Assembly (NCBI GenBank): GCA_030765335.1
Contig: JAVCCU010000001.1
Coordinates: 456 to 64,455, forward strand
Reading direction: 5' to 3'
Source of the DNA: Candidatus Kaelpia aquatica
Lineage (GTDB): Bacteria > Omnitrophota > Gorgyraeia > Kaelpiales > Kaelpiaceae
Length of the DNA stretch: 64,000 nucleotides
Each line of letters opens with the position of its first letter. The stretch's first letter is position 1. The notes beneath the pieces were generated by a model. The model was given only the letters and a program-made list of their open reading frames with translations, made no database searches and was not told the DNA's origin. This document shows, in pieces, positions 51,231 through 60,443 of the stretch. Made by a program: the position numbers and the translations under genes.

Positions 51231-53338
51231 AGGTCCTTCTTTCCTGGCTAAAAGATTTTATTGATATAGATGTATCAGTCAAAGAGCTCTCTGCCTCCCT
51301 CACCATGATAGGCTTAGAGGTTACATCGGTAGATAAAATAGAAGAGGATGACTATCTTCTTGATATAGAGGTGACTCCCAATAGGCCAGACTGCCTCTCT
51401 GTTTTAGGCTTAGCACGCGAAGTCGGGCTGGCTTTAGATAAAAGGGCAAAACATCCTAGAGTTGTATTCTTACCCAGAACATCGGTTGCTTGCATAAAAG
51501 AGGCAGGATTTGATATTACCATTGAAGACGGAAATGCCTGCCCTCGCTATATCGGCAGAGTTCTCTTAGGTGTCCGGGTTCAGCCGGCGCCTGACTTTAT
51601 CAAAGATAGACTGCAGAATATGGGAGTACGCTCTATTAATAACGTTGTCGATATAACCAACTATCTCTTGCTCGAATTAGGTCAGCCTATGCATGCTTTT
51701 GATTATGATAAGATTAAGGATCATAAGATTGTAGTAAGAAAAGCTAGGAAGAACGAAAAGATTGTAACTATAGATGGAGTAGAGAGAGAGTTAAATACGG
51801 AGGACCTTGTCATAGCTGATTCTAAGCAGCCGGTTGCTCTTGCTGGAATTATGGGGGGGTTGGCAACAGAGGTTACTGCAAAAACAAAAAATGTTCTCTT
51901 AGAGAGTGCATATTTTGACCCGCCATTGATAAGAAGAACAGCTCAGAGGCATGGCTTGATGACAGAGTCTTCTTACAGATTTGAGAGAGGGGTAGATTTT
52001 GTTATGGTTGACACTGCTTCTAAATGTGCTGTTGATTTGATCCGTAAGCATGCATCGGATAATAGTTTGACCAATCCGACTGTAGTAATAGATAAAGCCA
52101 AAGACCTTATAAAGAAGCAGCTGCCTTTATCGTCAAAAGTTGTACTGAAGTTTGAAGATATCGAAAAGAAAATCGGAATTCTTCCTTCTAGTTTTTGGAT
52201 TCGTAAAACAATTAAGAATTTAGGCTGTGAGCCATTATCTATTTCAAAAAATATGATAAAGATAGAAGCCCCTAGTTATAGAAGAGATTTGAGCAGCAGT
52301 ATAGATTACATTGAAGAGATAGCGCGTCTGTATGGATATGACAATATACCAGTCCAGGAACTCTCGACTCTTGAGCTCTCCTCGGAAGAAAAATTAAAAG
52401 AGTTTAACAGCGGTGATCTTACAAATAAAGTCAAAGACTACCTGGTGCGCGAGGGGCTGCATGAGACGATAAGCTATGCTCTCTTATCCAAAGATGAAGC
52501 AGCTAGACTAGATTTTCCAAATATGATCTTTTTGGATAACCCTCTGGTAAAAAGTTATTCCGTTCTAAGACCCTCTATTATGCCGTCACTTTTAAAGACA
52601 GCAGAGTATAATTTTAATCGCATGAACTATAATCTTGCTCTCTTTGAATCAGGCAAGACCTACTCTTATGCTCAGCAGGAGTCTGACGAGCTTGAGGGGC
52701 TCAAGGAACCCAGAGAGATCAAGGCGGCAGCGATACTGCTTAGCGGTATTAAATACCGGAATTGTTTTGGGCAAGAGTTAAAGCATACCTTTTTCGATCT
52801 TAAAACCATTATTGAAAGAATTTTAAATAATTTTGGAATCAGAGATTATAACATTACAACAGATCAAAATCATCTCTATGCTGATAGCTGCTCTGCAAAG
52901 ATAATGCTTGGCAATGATAAGATTGCATCTCTTGGTAAAGTCTCTGATGAGATTAAAGATTATTATGGTTTAAAACGGGAAGTCTATATAGGTGAGATTG
53001 TATTAGATTTAGTCGAACGCTTTCAAAAGGACGATTCTAAATACAAAGAGATCTCTCAATACCCTGCTATTGAAAGAGATATCTCGTTGGTATTATCCAA
53101 GTCTATAGCGGTAGCCGAGGTGTTGTTTAAAATTAAAGATAGAGACGATTTAATACAAAATGTAGAAATAATTGATATATACGAAGGTAAGCAGGTAGGT
53201 TTAGGCAAAAAGAGCATTGCAGTAAGAATTAAGTTCCAATCTTTGGAAAGAACGCTGAAAGATGAAGAGGTTGATAGGATAGAAGCAGGGATTAAGGATG
53301 TTCTCTGTGCAGAGTTATCTTGTCAGATACGTGAGTAA
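51227..53338 (+). CDS. pheT: Phenylalanine--tRNA ligase beta subunit (lacks the N-terminal tRNA-binding OB domain)
   Basis: 703 aa; the B1 domain (MKVLLSWLKDFIDIDV) is followed directly by the B3/4 region (LDIEVTPNRPDCLSVLGLAREV). Confidence 0.95.
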   Translation: MKVLLSWLKDFIDIDVSVKELSASLTMIGLEVTSVDKIEEDDYLLDIEVTPNRPDCLSVLGLAREVGLALDKRAKHPRVVFLPRTSVACIKEAGFDITIEDGNACPRYIGRVLLGVRVQPAPDFIKDRLQNMGVRSINNVVDITNYLLLELGQPMHAFDYDKIKDHKIVVRKARKNEKIVTIDGVERELNTEDLVIADSKQPVALAGIMGGLATEVTAKTKNVLLESAYFDPPLIRRTAQRHGLMTESSYRFERGVDFVMVDTASKCAVDLIRKHASDNSLTNPTVVIDKAKDLIKKQLPLSSKVVLKFEDIEKKIGILPSSFWIRKTIKNLGCEPLSISKNMIKIEAPSYRRDLSSSIDYIEEIARLYGYDNIPVQELSTLELSSEEKLKEFNSGDLTNKVKDYLVREGLHETISYALLSKDEAARLDFPNMIFLDNPLVKSYSVLRPSIMPSLLKTAEYNFNRMNYNLALFESGKTYSYAQQESDELEGLKEPREIKAAAILLSGIKYRNCFGQELKHTFFDLKTIIERILNNFGIRDYNITTDQNHLYADSCSAKIMLGNDKIASLGKVSDEIKDYYGLKREVYIGEIVLDLVERFQKDDSKYKEISQYPAIERDISLVLSKSIAVAEVLFKIKDRDDLIQNVEIIDIYEGKQVGLGKKSIAVRIKFQSLERTLKDEEVDRIEAGIKDVLCAELSCQIRE

Positions 53339-53353
53339 TTCTAAAAGCTTACC

Positions 53354-54658
53354 ATGGTTACTCTGTTTAAAAAAGAGATAGAGAGCAGGTTAACTCTGGC
53401 TTCTCGAATGAGGCCAAGAGATCTCTCCGAATTTGTTGGCCAGGAACATATTTTATCAGAAGGCAAGATCTTAAAGAGAGCCATAGATGCTGACAAGATA
53501 AGCTCCCTTATTCTCTATGGCCCGCCGGGTGTAGGTAAGACTGCCTTGGCTTTGATAATTCAGAGCAAAACAGATTCTTATTTTAAACGGCTCAATGCTG
53601 TTGCCTCTAATGTTAAAGAGTTACGGCAGGTAATAAAAGAAGCCGATTTTAAATATAGTCAAAATAATAAAAAAACATTGCTCTTTATTGACGAGATTCA
53701 TCGTTTCAATAAATCTCAGCAGGACACCCTTTTACCGGACATAGAAGCCGGCAATCCTATTCTTATTGGAGCAACAACTCATAATCCTTTCTTTGCTCTC
53801 ACAGCTCCTCTGATTTCTCGCTCATTGGTCTGTGAGTTTAAGGCTCTATCTGTAGCTGAAATTATAAAGATATTACGTGCTGCTATCTCTGATCAAGAGA
53901 GAGGCTTAGGCGGTTTAAAGTTGAAAGTAGATGAAGAGGTACTAAAATTCTTTGCTCAGGTTGTAGATGGAGATGGGCGCCGTGCGCTCAATGCCCTTGA
54001 GATTGCTGCTTTAACTACAGCAGAGAATAAAGATGGCTGGATAAATATAGACCTTAAGATTGCTCAAGATTCGATTCAAAAAAAGGCTTTGCTCTATGAT
54101 AGCGGAGAGGATAACCATTATGATACAATCTCCGCCTTTATAAAATCTATTCGCGGCAGTTCTCCAGATGCTGCCATATACTGGTTGGCAAAGATGATAT
54201 ATGCCGGAGAAGATCCCCGTTTTATTGCTCGGAGACTTTTAATAGCCGCTTCTGAAGATATAGGTAATGCTGATCCTCAGGCTTTATCTGTTGCTCAGGC
54301 TGCAGCTTATGCTGTTGAGTATCTCGGAATGCCTGAGGCTAGAATATCTTTAGCCCAGGCTACAACCTATCTTGCATCTGCTCCTAAATCAAACGCATCT
54401 TATATGGCTATAGAGGAAGCTCTTGGAGATATTGAAGGAGGTAGAGTACTGGAGGTTCCAGGCCATTTAAAGGATAGTCATTATAAGGGTGCGGAAAAAT
54501 TGGGCCACGGCAAAGATTACAAGTATCCCCATTCCTATAAAGATGGCTGGGTTGAGCAAGATTATCTTCCTAAAAATGTTAGCTACTATCTTCCTAAAAA
54601 TATTGGTTACGAGAAGAAGATCAAAGAGTTTTTAGACCAATTGCAAAGCTTAAGATAG
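53354..54658 (+). CDS. rarA: Replication-associated recombination protein A (AAA ATPase RarA/MgsA)
   Basis: MRPRDLSEFVGQEHIL...LILYGPPGVGKTALA Walker A; C-terminal MgsA domains. Confidence 0.9.
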   Translation: MVTLFKKEIESRLTLASRMRPRDLSEFVGQEHILSEGKILKRAIDADKISSLILYGPPGVGKTALALIIQSKTDSYFKRLNAVASNVKELRQVIKEADFKYSQNNKKTLLFIDEIHRFNKSQQDTLLPDIEAGNPILIGATTHNPFFALTAPLISRSLVCEFKALSVAEIIKILRAAISDQERGLGGLKLKVDEEVLKFFAQVVDGDGRRALNALEIAALTTAENKDGWINIDLKIAQDSIQKKALLYDSGEDNHYDTISAFIKSIRGSSPDAAIYWLAKMIYAGEDPRFIARRLLIAASEDIGNADPQALSVAQAAAYAVEYLGMPEARISLAQATTYLASAPKSNASYMAIEEALGDIEGGRVLEVPGHLKDSHYKGAEKLGHGKDYKYPHSYKDGWVEQDYLPKNVSYYLPKNIGYEKKIKEFLDQLQSLR

Positions 54659-54667
54659 TAACGGTAG

Positions 54668-55288
54668 TTATTTGATGGCTGTTGCAAGAAGTATCAGTTC
54701 CTTGTTGCTTAATATCTTTTCTATGAATTTTTCAACCACTTCTCGTAGAGCTTCTGCAGTTTCGCTCCCTGAGCTCTGGGCTTCATGGGAAGAATATTTG
54801 CGCTCCATCTTAGCCCTCTCTTCGTAGCGGCATATTTCGGTTTTGTCTCTTGCATTAAGAACGATAAACGTAATTGCAACTTTACCCTTTCCGGCCCCGG
54901 ATTTAATACCTATATCATGGATATATTTTATGTAGGGTAGTTTTGCGGTTGGAGCGATAGATGATTTCCAGTAAAAAGAATTTATCTCCCCTCTAATTAT
55001 TATATCTACGTTTTCTGGCTGATAGGTGATTCTAATAGAATTAAACAACTCTGCATCTCTTAAGTCTCCTGTAATCAATACGGTGAGTTCTTCATCAAGA
55101 TTGGAGAGTCTCTCCGTATGCTCCTTCTCTTCTTCAGGTCTTAGGTCTTGAAATAAATCCATTCCGGCATTAAGGGCGATATTGCCTTTAGGGAATATAG
55201 GATGGTGAGTATACATCGTGACCATCTGTGGCTTAGAAGCACAGCCTAAAGCGAACAACATTAATAGTGGAACTATGTTTTTCTTCAT
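54668..55288 (-). CDS. Hypothetical lipoprotein
   Basis: Lipobox LFALGCAS; the only minus-strand gene right of the origin. Confidence 0.55.
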   Translation of the reverse strand: MKKNIVPLLMLFALGCASKPQMVTMYTHHPIFPKGNIALNAGMDLFQDLRPEEEKEHTERLSNLDEELTVLITGDLRDAELFNSIRITYQPENVDIIIRGEINSFYWKSSIAPTAKLPYIKYIHDIGIKSGAGKGKVAITFIVLNARDKTEICRYEERAKMERKYSSHEAQSSGSETAEALREVVEKFIEKILSNKELILLATAIK

Positions 55289-55573
55289 TGTTTTTATTAT
55301 AAAATTTAAATGAATAATAAGGCAACAAAGAAATCAAAATATTAAATTAACGCTGTAAAGAGGAGTTCAAAAATTAGAACAGTTTGGTGAGAATGTTAAC
55401 CCTAAACTCCTAAAAGAACTGCCTAAATGGTTAAAACTGTATGTGCGTATTATGGCGATCTATGGTTTTAACATATAGTCGGAGCAAGGGTTAGCAGGTT
55501 TAGAGAAATGCATGTCTAATTTGTTTTTCAAGCCATTGCATGTTATAAATTATACAGAAATATATTTTTAAAA

Positions 55574-56497
55574 ATGGCTATGAAAAACATACTTAAATTA
55601 GGATATTTGGGGGTTGTTTTATCTATTTTATTTCTGAGTTCTTTTGAATCAGAGACCTTTAATTGTAGGCGCTTAAAAGCACCCACAAGCCTAGAAGATA
55701 TAATTGCATCCCGTTCTATTAAAATCCTTGTGTTGGATATGGATTTTACATTAGTCAATTCAGGAGAATCGATTGGTGAAGACATGATAGAGGCGCTTTT
55801 AAATGAAAAAGGCATGGACATATGCATTGTTACCGGGGCATTTTATGAGACTGTTGATAGGAGAGTGCTTTCTCAAATTAGGCAATATAACGAAACTCAT
55901 CAGAGAAATTTTGATTGGACCAAGTTTTATCTTTTTACTGATACAGGTTCAGCAGGATTTGTGTTTGATGAAAGCGGTGAGTCTCGCAGATTTTTCAACC
56001 GCATTTTTTCTTTAGAGCAGAGCGTAGCAATAGAGCAAGTAGTTGAGGATTTCCGTGCTCAATATGGTCAAGATAGTATAGCTAAAACTTACGAAAGTCA
56101 GAGTAAGTTTACATCCTATTTCCGAGATACAGGATTAGAGGCCATGAATGAGTATGTAGAGTTTTTTAGTCAAAGATTAAGCAGTTTTGAAGTAAAAATA
56201 AGTTCTGGAGGCAATAGGGAGTCCATAGATATAACTATGGTTGATAAAGGAGAAGCCTTGAGGGTTGTAAAAACTATATTAGGTCTCAATAACGAAGATT
56301 TTATGGTTGTTGGTGACTCTTTTAAGGATGAATATAGTAATGATAAGTCAATGCTGCTAGAAGGAGCTCTTGTGTTTAATGTTGGAGAAGTTTCTTCTAG
56401 AGTCGGACTTATCAATACATCTGATTATTTTGATTCCGATACTTGTGGGCCTCAGCATACATTGAATTTGCTCAATTTATTTTTATATCCAACCTAG
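55574..56497 (+). CDS. Exported HAD-superfamily hydrolase (IIB/Cof-like)
   Basis: Signal peptide; motif I LVLDMDFTLVNSG (DxDxT); motif IV VVGDSFKDEYSND. Confidence 0.65.
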   Translation: MAMKNILKLGYLGVVLSILFLSSFESETFNCRRLKAPTSLEDIIASRSIKILVLDMDFTLVNSGESIGEDMIEALLNEKGMDICIVTGAFYETVDRRVLSQIRQYNETHQRNFDWTKFYLFTDTGSAGFVFDESGESRRFFNRIFSLEQSVAIEQVVEDFRAQYGQDSIAKTYESQSKFTSYFRDTGLEAMNEYVEFFSQRLSSFEVKISSGGNRESIDITMVDKGEALRVVKTILGLNNEDFMVVGDSFKDEYSNDKSMLLEGALVFNVGEVSSRVGLINTSDYFDSDTCGPQHTLNLLNLFLYPT

Positions 56498-56499
56498 AA

Positions 56500-57072
56500 A
56501 TGTTACAATATGCTCCTATGATTAAAAGAGAGATACCTTTGGATTATGCTCGTAGGCTTTTAAATCATGGTTGTGTTATTCTTGTAACATCTCATTTTAG
56601 AAATATTAATAATATCGTTACTCTATCTTGGCAGATGCCTCTATCGTCTAAACCGAGACTCTTCGCCCTCTCTATCTCTAGAAAGCATTTTTCAAATAAG
56701 TTAATAAGGAAAAGCAGAGAACTCACTATTAATATTCCCGGCAGAAATTTGATAAGAGAAGTTCATTTCTGCGGCTCCTGTTCCGGTAAAAGAGTAAACA
56801 AGTTTGATAAAGCAAGGCTTCATCCAGTAGCTGCAAATTTTATTGCAGCGCCTCTCATTGAGGAGTGTTTTGCCAATATAGAGTGTAAAGTACGCAATAT
56901 GTATAATATAGGTGACCACACACTCTTTGTAGCGGAAGCTTTAAGGGCTATAGCTGACCCTAGTTGGTTTGATGGCAAATTTCTCCAATGCAACGATAAA
57001 GGTGTTCAAACTTTACACCATCTTGGAGAGAATCGTTATATGGTCTCTGGAGAAGTCATAAAGGCTAGATAA
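56500..57072 (+). CDS. Flavin reductase-like FMN-binding domain protein
   Basis: Flavin_Reduct-like split-barrel pattern. Start moved to the ATG at 56500 (MLQYAPMIKREIPL); the track ORF starts at 56443 and overlaps the previous gene. Confidence 0.65.
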   Translation: MLQYAPMIKREIPLDYARRLLNHGCVILVTSHFRNINNIVTLSWQMPLSSKPRLFALSISRKHFSNKLIRKSRELTINIPGRNLIREVHFCGSCSGKRVNKFDKARLHPVAANFIAAPLIEECFANIECKVRNMYNIGDHTLFVAEALRAIADPSWFDGKFLQCNDKGVQTLHHLGENRYMVSGEVIKAR

Positions 57073-57073
57073 G

Positions 57074-57685
57074 ATGATAGATAACAGGGACAAAATTAAG
57101 GTTGTTATCTTTGATCTAGGCAACGTGATTATCTGCTTTGATCATATGATAGCAGCAGAGAAAATAGCAAAGAAGACCGACAAAACACCACTGGAGATAT
57201 ATGATCTGTTTTTTGCATCACCATTAACTGAGCGTTTTGATGCAGGTTTAATTAATGAAAAGAGTTTTTTTGAAGAAGTTAAAGAGACTTTAAATATAGA
57301 TAATCTTAACCAAGAGGATTTTTATGAAATTTGGAATAATATTTTTTGGGAAAATAAAGGAGTGGCGAAACTGATAAAGGATATTAAGTTAAAGTTTCAA
57401 AGTTTTTTTATTGTTTCTAATATTAACAAAGTTCATTTTAAATACATTTGGGATAAATTTCCTGTGGTGAGATTAGCAGACAAGATTATTACTTCCTATA
57501 GCGTTGGTGTTTTAAAACCCGATCCTGTAATTTATCAAAAAGCAATAGAAGAGGCAAAATGTAATCCTGAAGAAATTTTTTATACAGATGATCGAAGCGA
57601 TTTGATTCAAGCTGCAAAAGGTATGGATTTTAATGTCCACCTCTTCCAAAGCGTAGAAGATATTCGAAATATAATTCTTAACTAA
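57074..57685 (+). CDS. HAD-family phosphatase (YihX-like)
   Basis: VVIFDLGNVII motif I, VSNINKVH motif II, KPDPVIY and YTDDRSD motifs III/IV, parallel to YihX. Confidence 0.8.
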   Translation: MIDNRDKIKVVIFDLGNVIICFDHMIAAEKIAKKTDKTPLEIYDLFFASPLTERFDAGLINEKSFFEEVKETLNIDNLNQEDFYEIWNNIFWENKGVAKLIKDIKLKFQSFFIVSNINKVHFKYIWDKFPVVRLADKIITSYSVGVLKPDPVIYQKAIEEAKCNPEEIFYTDDRSDLIQAAKGMDFNVHLFQSVEDIRNIILN

Positions 57686-57700
57686 TGTAATAAAGATTTC

Positions 57701-58618
57701 ATGAATATGAAGAAATCATTTGCTGTAATTACACTGGTTGTCGCATTTTTTTTTGGCCTAGAATTTTCTTGTCGTATATTGGTTAGCTCTAACCATTCAT
57801 TTCAAAAACACTTTTTAATGCAGATATATGATGAGACACTGGGTGCTTATGACGAAAATCTTTTTTGGAGATTAGAAGGTGTCTATCCGCAGTTTGGAGA
57901 GGAAGAGTATAGAGTAATATGTCTTTCTGATTCTGTTTCGGTTATGTATGGAGGCTATCAAGAATACCCTAAAATGCTAGAAGAGATATTGATTAAAAAT
58001 TTTCCAGAAAGTACTTTTAAAATTTTTAATGCAGGAGTTCCTGGATATTCTTCATATCAAGGCGCCCTGTATTTAAAGAACGAATTGATCAAATACAAGC
58101 CCGATTTTGTTAGCATTAACTTTGGACCTAACGATTATAGCCGGGCACTAAATGGTTTAGAAGACAAAAAACAAAAATGCCATAGCGCGCATTTAGATAA
58201 ATATTTTGGTTGGAGTAAATTTTATCAATGTTATAAAAGATGGATTTTAAGTATCAAACAAAAAATTTATAACAGCCCTAGGCATATAAAACAATATAGG
58301 GTCTCTAAGCAAAGCTTTAAAAATAATCTGATTAATATGATTAGAATTTGTAGAGTCAACGGGTCTAAAGCAATACTTCTAACCTCTCCGTATCTTGATG
58401 AAGATCAAGGCTGGGTTAAAATTCACAAATCTTATAACGATATTATAAGGTTAACAGCTCTAGAGGAGGATGCTGCTTTAGTAGATTTAGCTGAGTTATT
58501 CAGCCAGAGAGAAGATTTGTTTATAGATCCGGAACATGACCATGTACATATTAATTTGAAGGGATATAAGATTATAGCTCGAGAATTATTTAATATAATT
58601 AAAACAGAGATGCGCTAG
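57701..58618 (+). CDS. SGNH/GDSL-family hydrolase, membrane anchored
   Basis: Block I VICLSDSV, block II NAGVPG, block III GPNDY, block V DHVH. Confidence 0.75.
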   Translation: MNMKKSFAVITLVVAFFFGLEFSCRILVSSNHSFQKHFLMQIYDETLGAYDENLFWRLEGVYPQFGEEEYRVICLSDSVSVMYGGYQEYPKMLEEILIKNFPESTFKIFNAGVPGYSSYQGALYLKNELIKYKPDFVSINFGPNDYSRALNGLEDKKQKCHSAHLDKYFGWSKFYQCYKRWILSIKQKIYNSPRHIKQYRVSKQSFKNNLINMIRICRVNGSKAILLTSPYLDEDQGWVKIHKSYNDIIRLTALEEDAALVDLAELFSQREDLFIDPEHDHVHINLKGYKIIARELFNIIKTEMR

Positions 58619-58718
58619 ATATCAACAGTTTTATGTGTTCCAACTGGTTTATGCATTTCAAAAGATAAGGCATAGTTTGATGTAGTTTTTGGTTTTAACT
58701 TCATCTGGTCTTCGATAG

Positions 58719-58964
58719 ATGTTTGAGGTATACTATTTCCCTGTGAAGATAAATGTTAAAATCACCCCTAATGCCAAGAGGTCGGGCATAATAGAGGAGC
58801 AAGGCGTTGTAAAGGTTAAAGTTAATGCTCCAGCTAAAGAGGGTAAGGCTAACAAGGATTTGATCAAGATGCTTTCAGATTATTTTTCGGTACCAAAGTC
58901 TAGAGTTAAAATATTGAAAGGCGAAAATTTGCGAAATAAAGTTGTTGATATAATAAGGAAGTAA
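58719..58964 (+). CDS. DUF167/YggU-family small protein
   Basis: VKVKVNAPAKEGKANKDLIKMLSDYFSVPKSRVKILKGENLRNKVVDI matches the YggU pattern; the true start is probably the internal GTG/ATG near 58743-58754. Confidence 0.7.
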   Translation: MFEVYYFPVKINVKITPNAKRSGIIEEQGVVKVKVNAPAKEGKANKDLIKMLSDYFSVPKSRVKILKGENLRNKVVDIIRK

Positions 58965-58965
58965 G

Positions 58966-60426
58966 ATGAAAAGATTAGCGGTAATTATCCTCTTTTTAAT
59001 TTTAACGAGCAGCTCCCTGTATGCGGATAGTCTATATTCAGCATCTCAGGCCTTAAAAAATCTATTGGAACACTATAGTCATGATGTAGGTCTCTATGTT
59101 CTTGAAAATAAGCTTCAAAAAGAGAGCCATACCCTCTCTCTGGAAGAGAGCATTGTAAGGGTTGCCAGAGAGAGCGGTGTATATTTGGATAGGTTTTATT
59201 TAAAATATGTAGAAAAAGATTTTTCTAAGATAAGCGAACCTTTCATTGCATCTGTAAAAGGCGGGTACCATTTGATATATCCTGAGATCGACAAGGTAAG
59301 GCTTGTCTCTGTAAAAGGCTCGGAAACATTATCAAAAAAAAGCTTTCTTTTGATTTGGGATGGCAAGATGTTTAGTATTCCGCCGGTAGGAGTGATGTTG
59401 CAGCGCAATAGGCCTCAAGGTCTGAAGCAGAAAATAATCTTCATCTACTCTTATCATAAAGAGGAGTTCTACCTTTTTAGGCAGCTTTTTGATGATTTAT
59501 ATCAAGAGGCGCTGAGATATTCTTCACCCCTTATATACATTGATGAGTTGGGCTTAATTCCCAAAGAATCTATAGAAAAAGTAATTATAGGCAAGGGGTT
59601 AACCGAAAAAGATGCTTTCAATGAAACCAGAGAGGCTCTTTTAGGTGAGCTTAAATTGATAGAGAGAGGCAGGGGTATTCATGATCCTACAGAGTTTTAT
59701 CATGAAATATATAATTATTTTGCTAAATTAGACTTAAGAATAGAGATGGAAGAATTACAATATGAGAATTGGAAAGCTGTAGTTGCTTTTGATGACTTAA
59801 GCTTAAACCAGCTTGCAGTTACTCTTTTCTGCAAGGGCAATATAGAAAGGTATCTGGATGTTATCGAGCAGTACAATGAAGGTTTTTGGCAATATAACGT
59901 AATAATCAGAGATAAGTTTTTTTTGAATCAGATAGAAAGGATTGCAGAGGAGAACCCTCAAAATACGATATTTACCCTTAGGGGTTTGGGCCACTTTGGC
60001 ATGGATGAAAAAATAGATTTAACAGATTTTGCAGTAGAGGTAGCTGTTATAGGAGAGGGTGAATTTTGTAAATTACTGGTTCCCGATCAGTTGGTTCAGA
60101 TTTTAAAAAGAAACGGAGTTAGATTGGGCCCAAAAACTAGAGAGCAATATTACCTCAGAGCTTTTCTTGCAGAGTGTATTAGAAATTATTATCAGAATGA
60201 GTTAAATTTTAAAATATTAACAGCTACTCTTAAGGCCAACAGAGATCTTTCTTTACTCTTAGATGCTGCTATATATAGGTTGGCCCGCGATGTAGAACAT
60301 GCCATAGCAGAGGGCAGGTTAAGGACTACAGAGTCTCTCTATAGGTATGTTTATACTTGGGTGAAGAAGAAAAACTCTTTGAACCCTAAACCTCTCTTTA
60401 GTTTTGGAGATAAAGAGAGTCAATAA
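58966..60426 (+). CDS. Exported hypothetical protein
   Basis: 486-aa ORF; signal peptide MKRLAVIILFLILTSSSLYA; no family recognised. Confidence 0.55.
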   Translation: MKRLAVIILFLILTSSSLYADSLYSASQALKNLLEHYSHDVGLYVLENKLQKESHTLSLEESIVRVARESGVYLDRFYLKYVEKDFSKISEPFIASVKGGYHLIYPEIDKVRLVSVKGSETLSKKSFLLIWDGKMFSIPPVGVMLQRNRPQGLKQKIIFIYSYHKEEFYLFRQLFDDLYQEALRYSSPLIYIDELGLIPKESIEKVIIGKGLTEKDAFNETREALLGELKLIERGRGIHDPTEFYHEIYNYFAKLDLRIEMEELQYENWKAVVAFDDLSLNQLAVTLFCKGNIERYLDVIEQYNEGFWQYNVIIRDKFFLNQIERIAEENPQNTIFTLRGLGHFGMDEKIDLTDFAVEVAVIGEGEFCKLLVPDQLVQILKRNGVRLGPKTREQYYLRAFLAECIRNYYQNELNFKILTATLKANRDLSLLLDAAIYRLARDVEHAIAEGRLRTTESLYRYVYTWVKKKNSLNPKPLFSFGDKESQ

Positions 60427-60443
60427 AAAAAGCAGGTTCTCTT

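Noticed and set aside
55289-55573. Structured element in the divergent intergenic region (GTTAACCCTAAAC / GGGTTAGCAGGTTTAG)
   Set aside because: On inspection the two segments share shuffled words, not a true direct or inverted repeat, and cannot form a stable stem.
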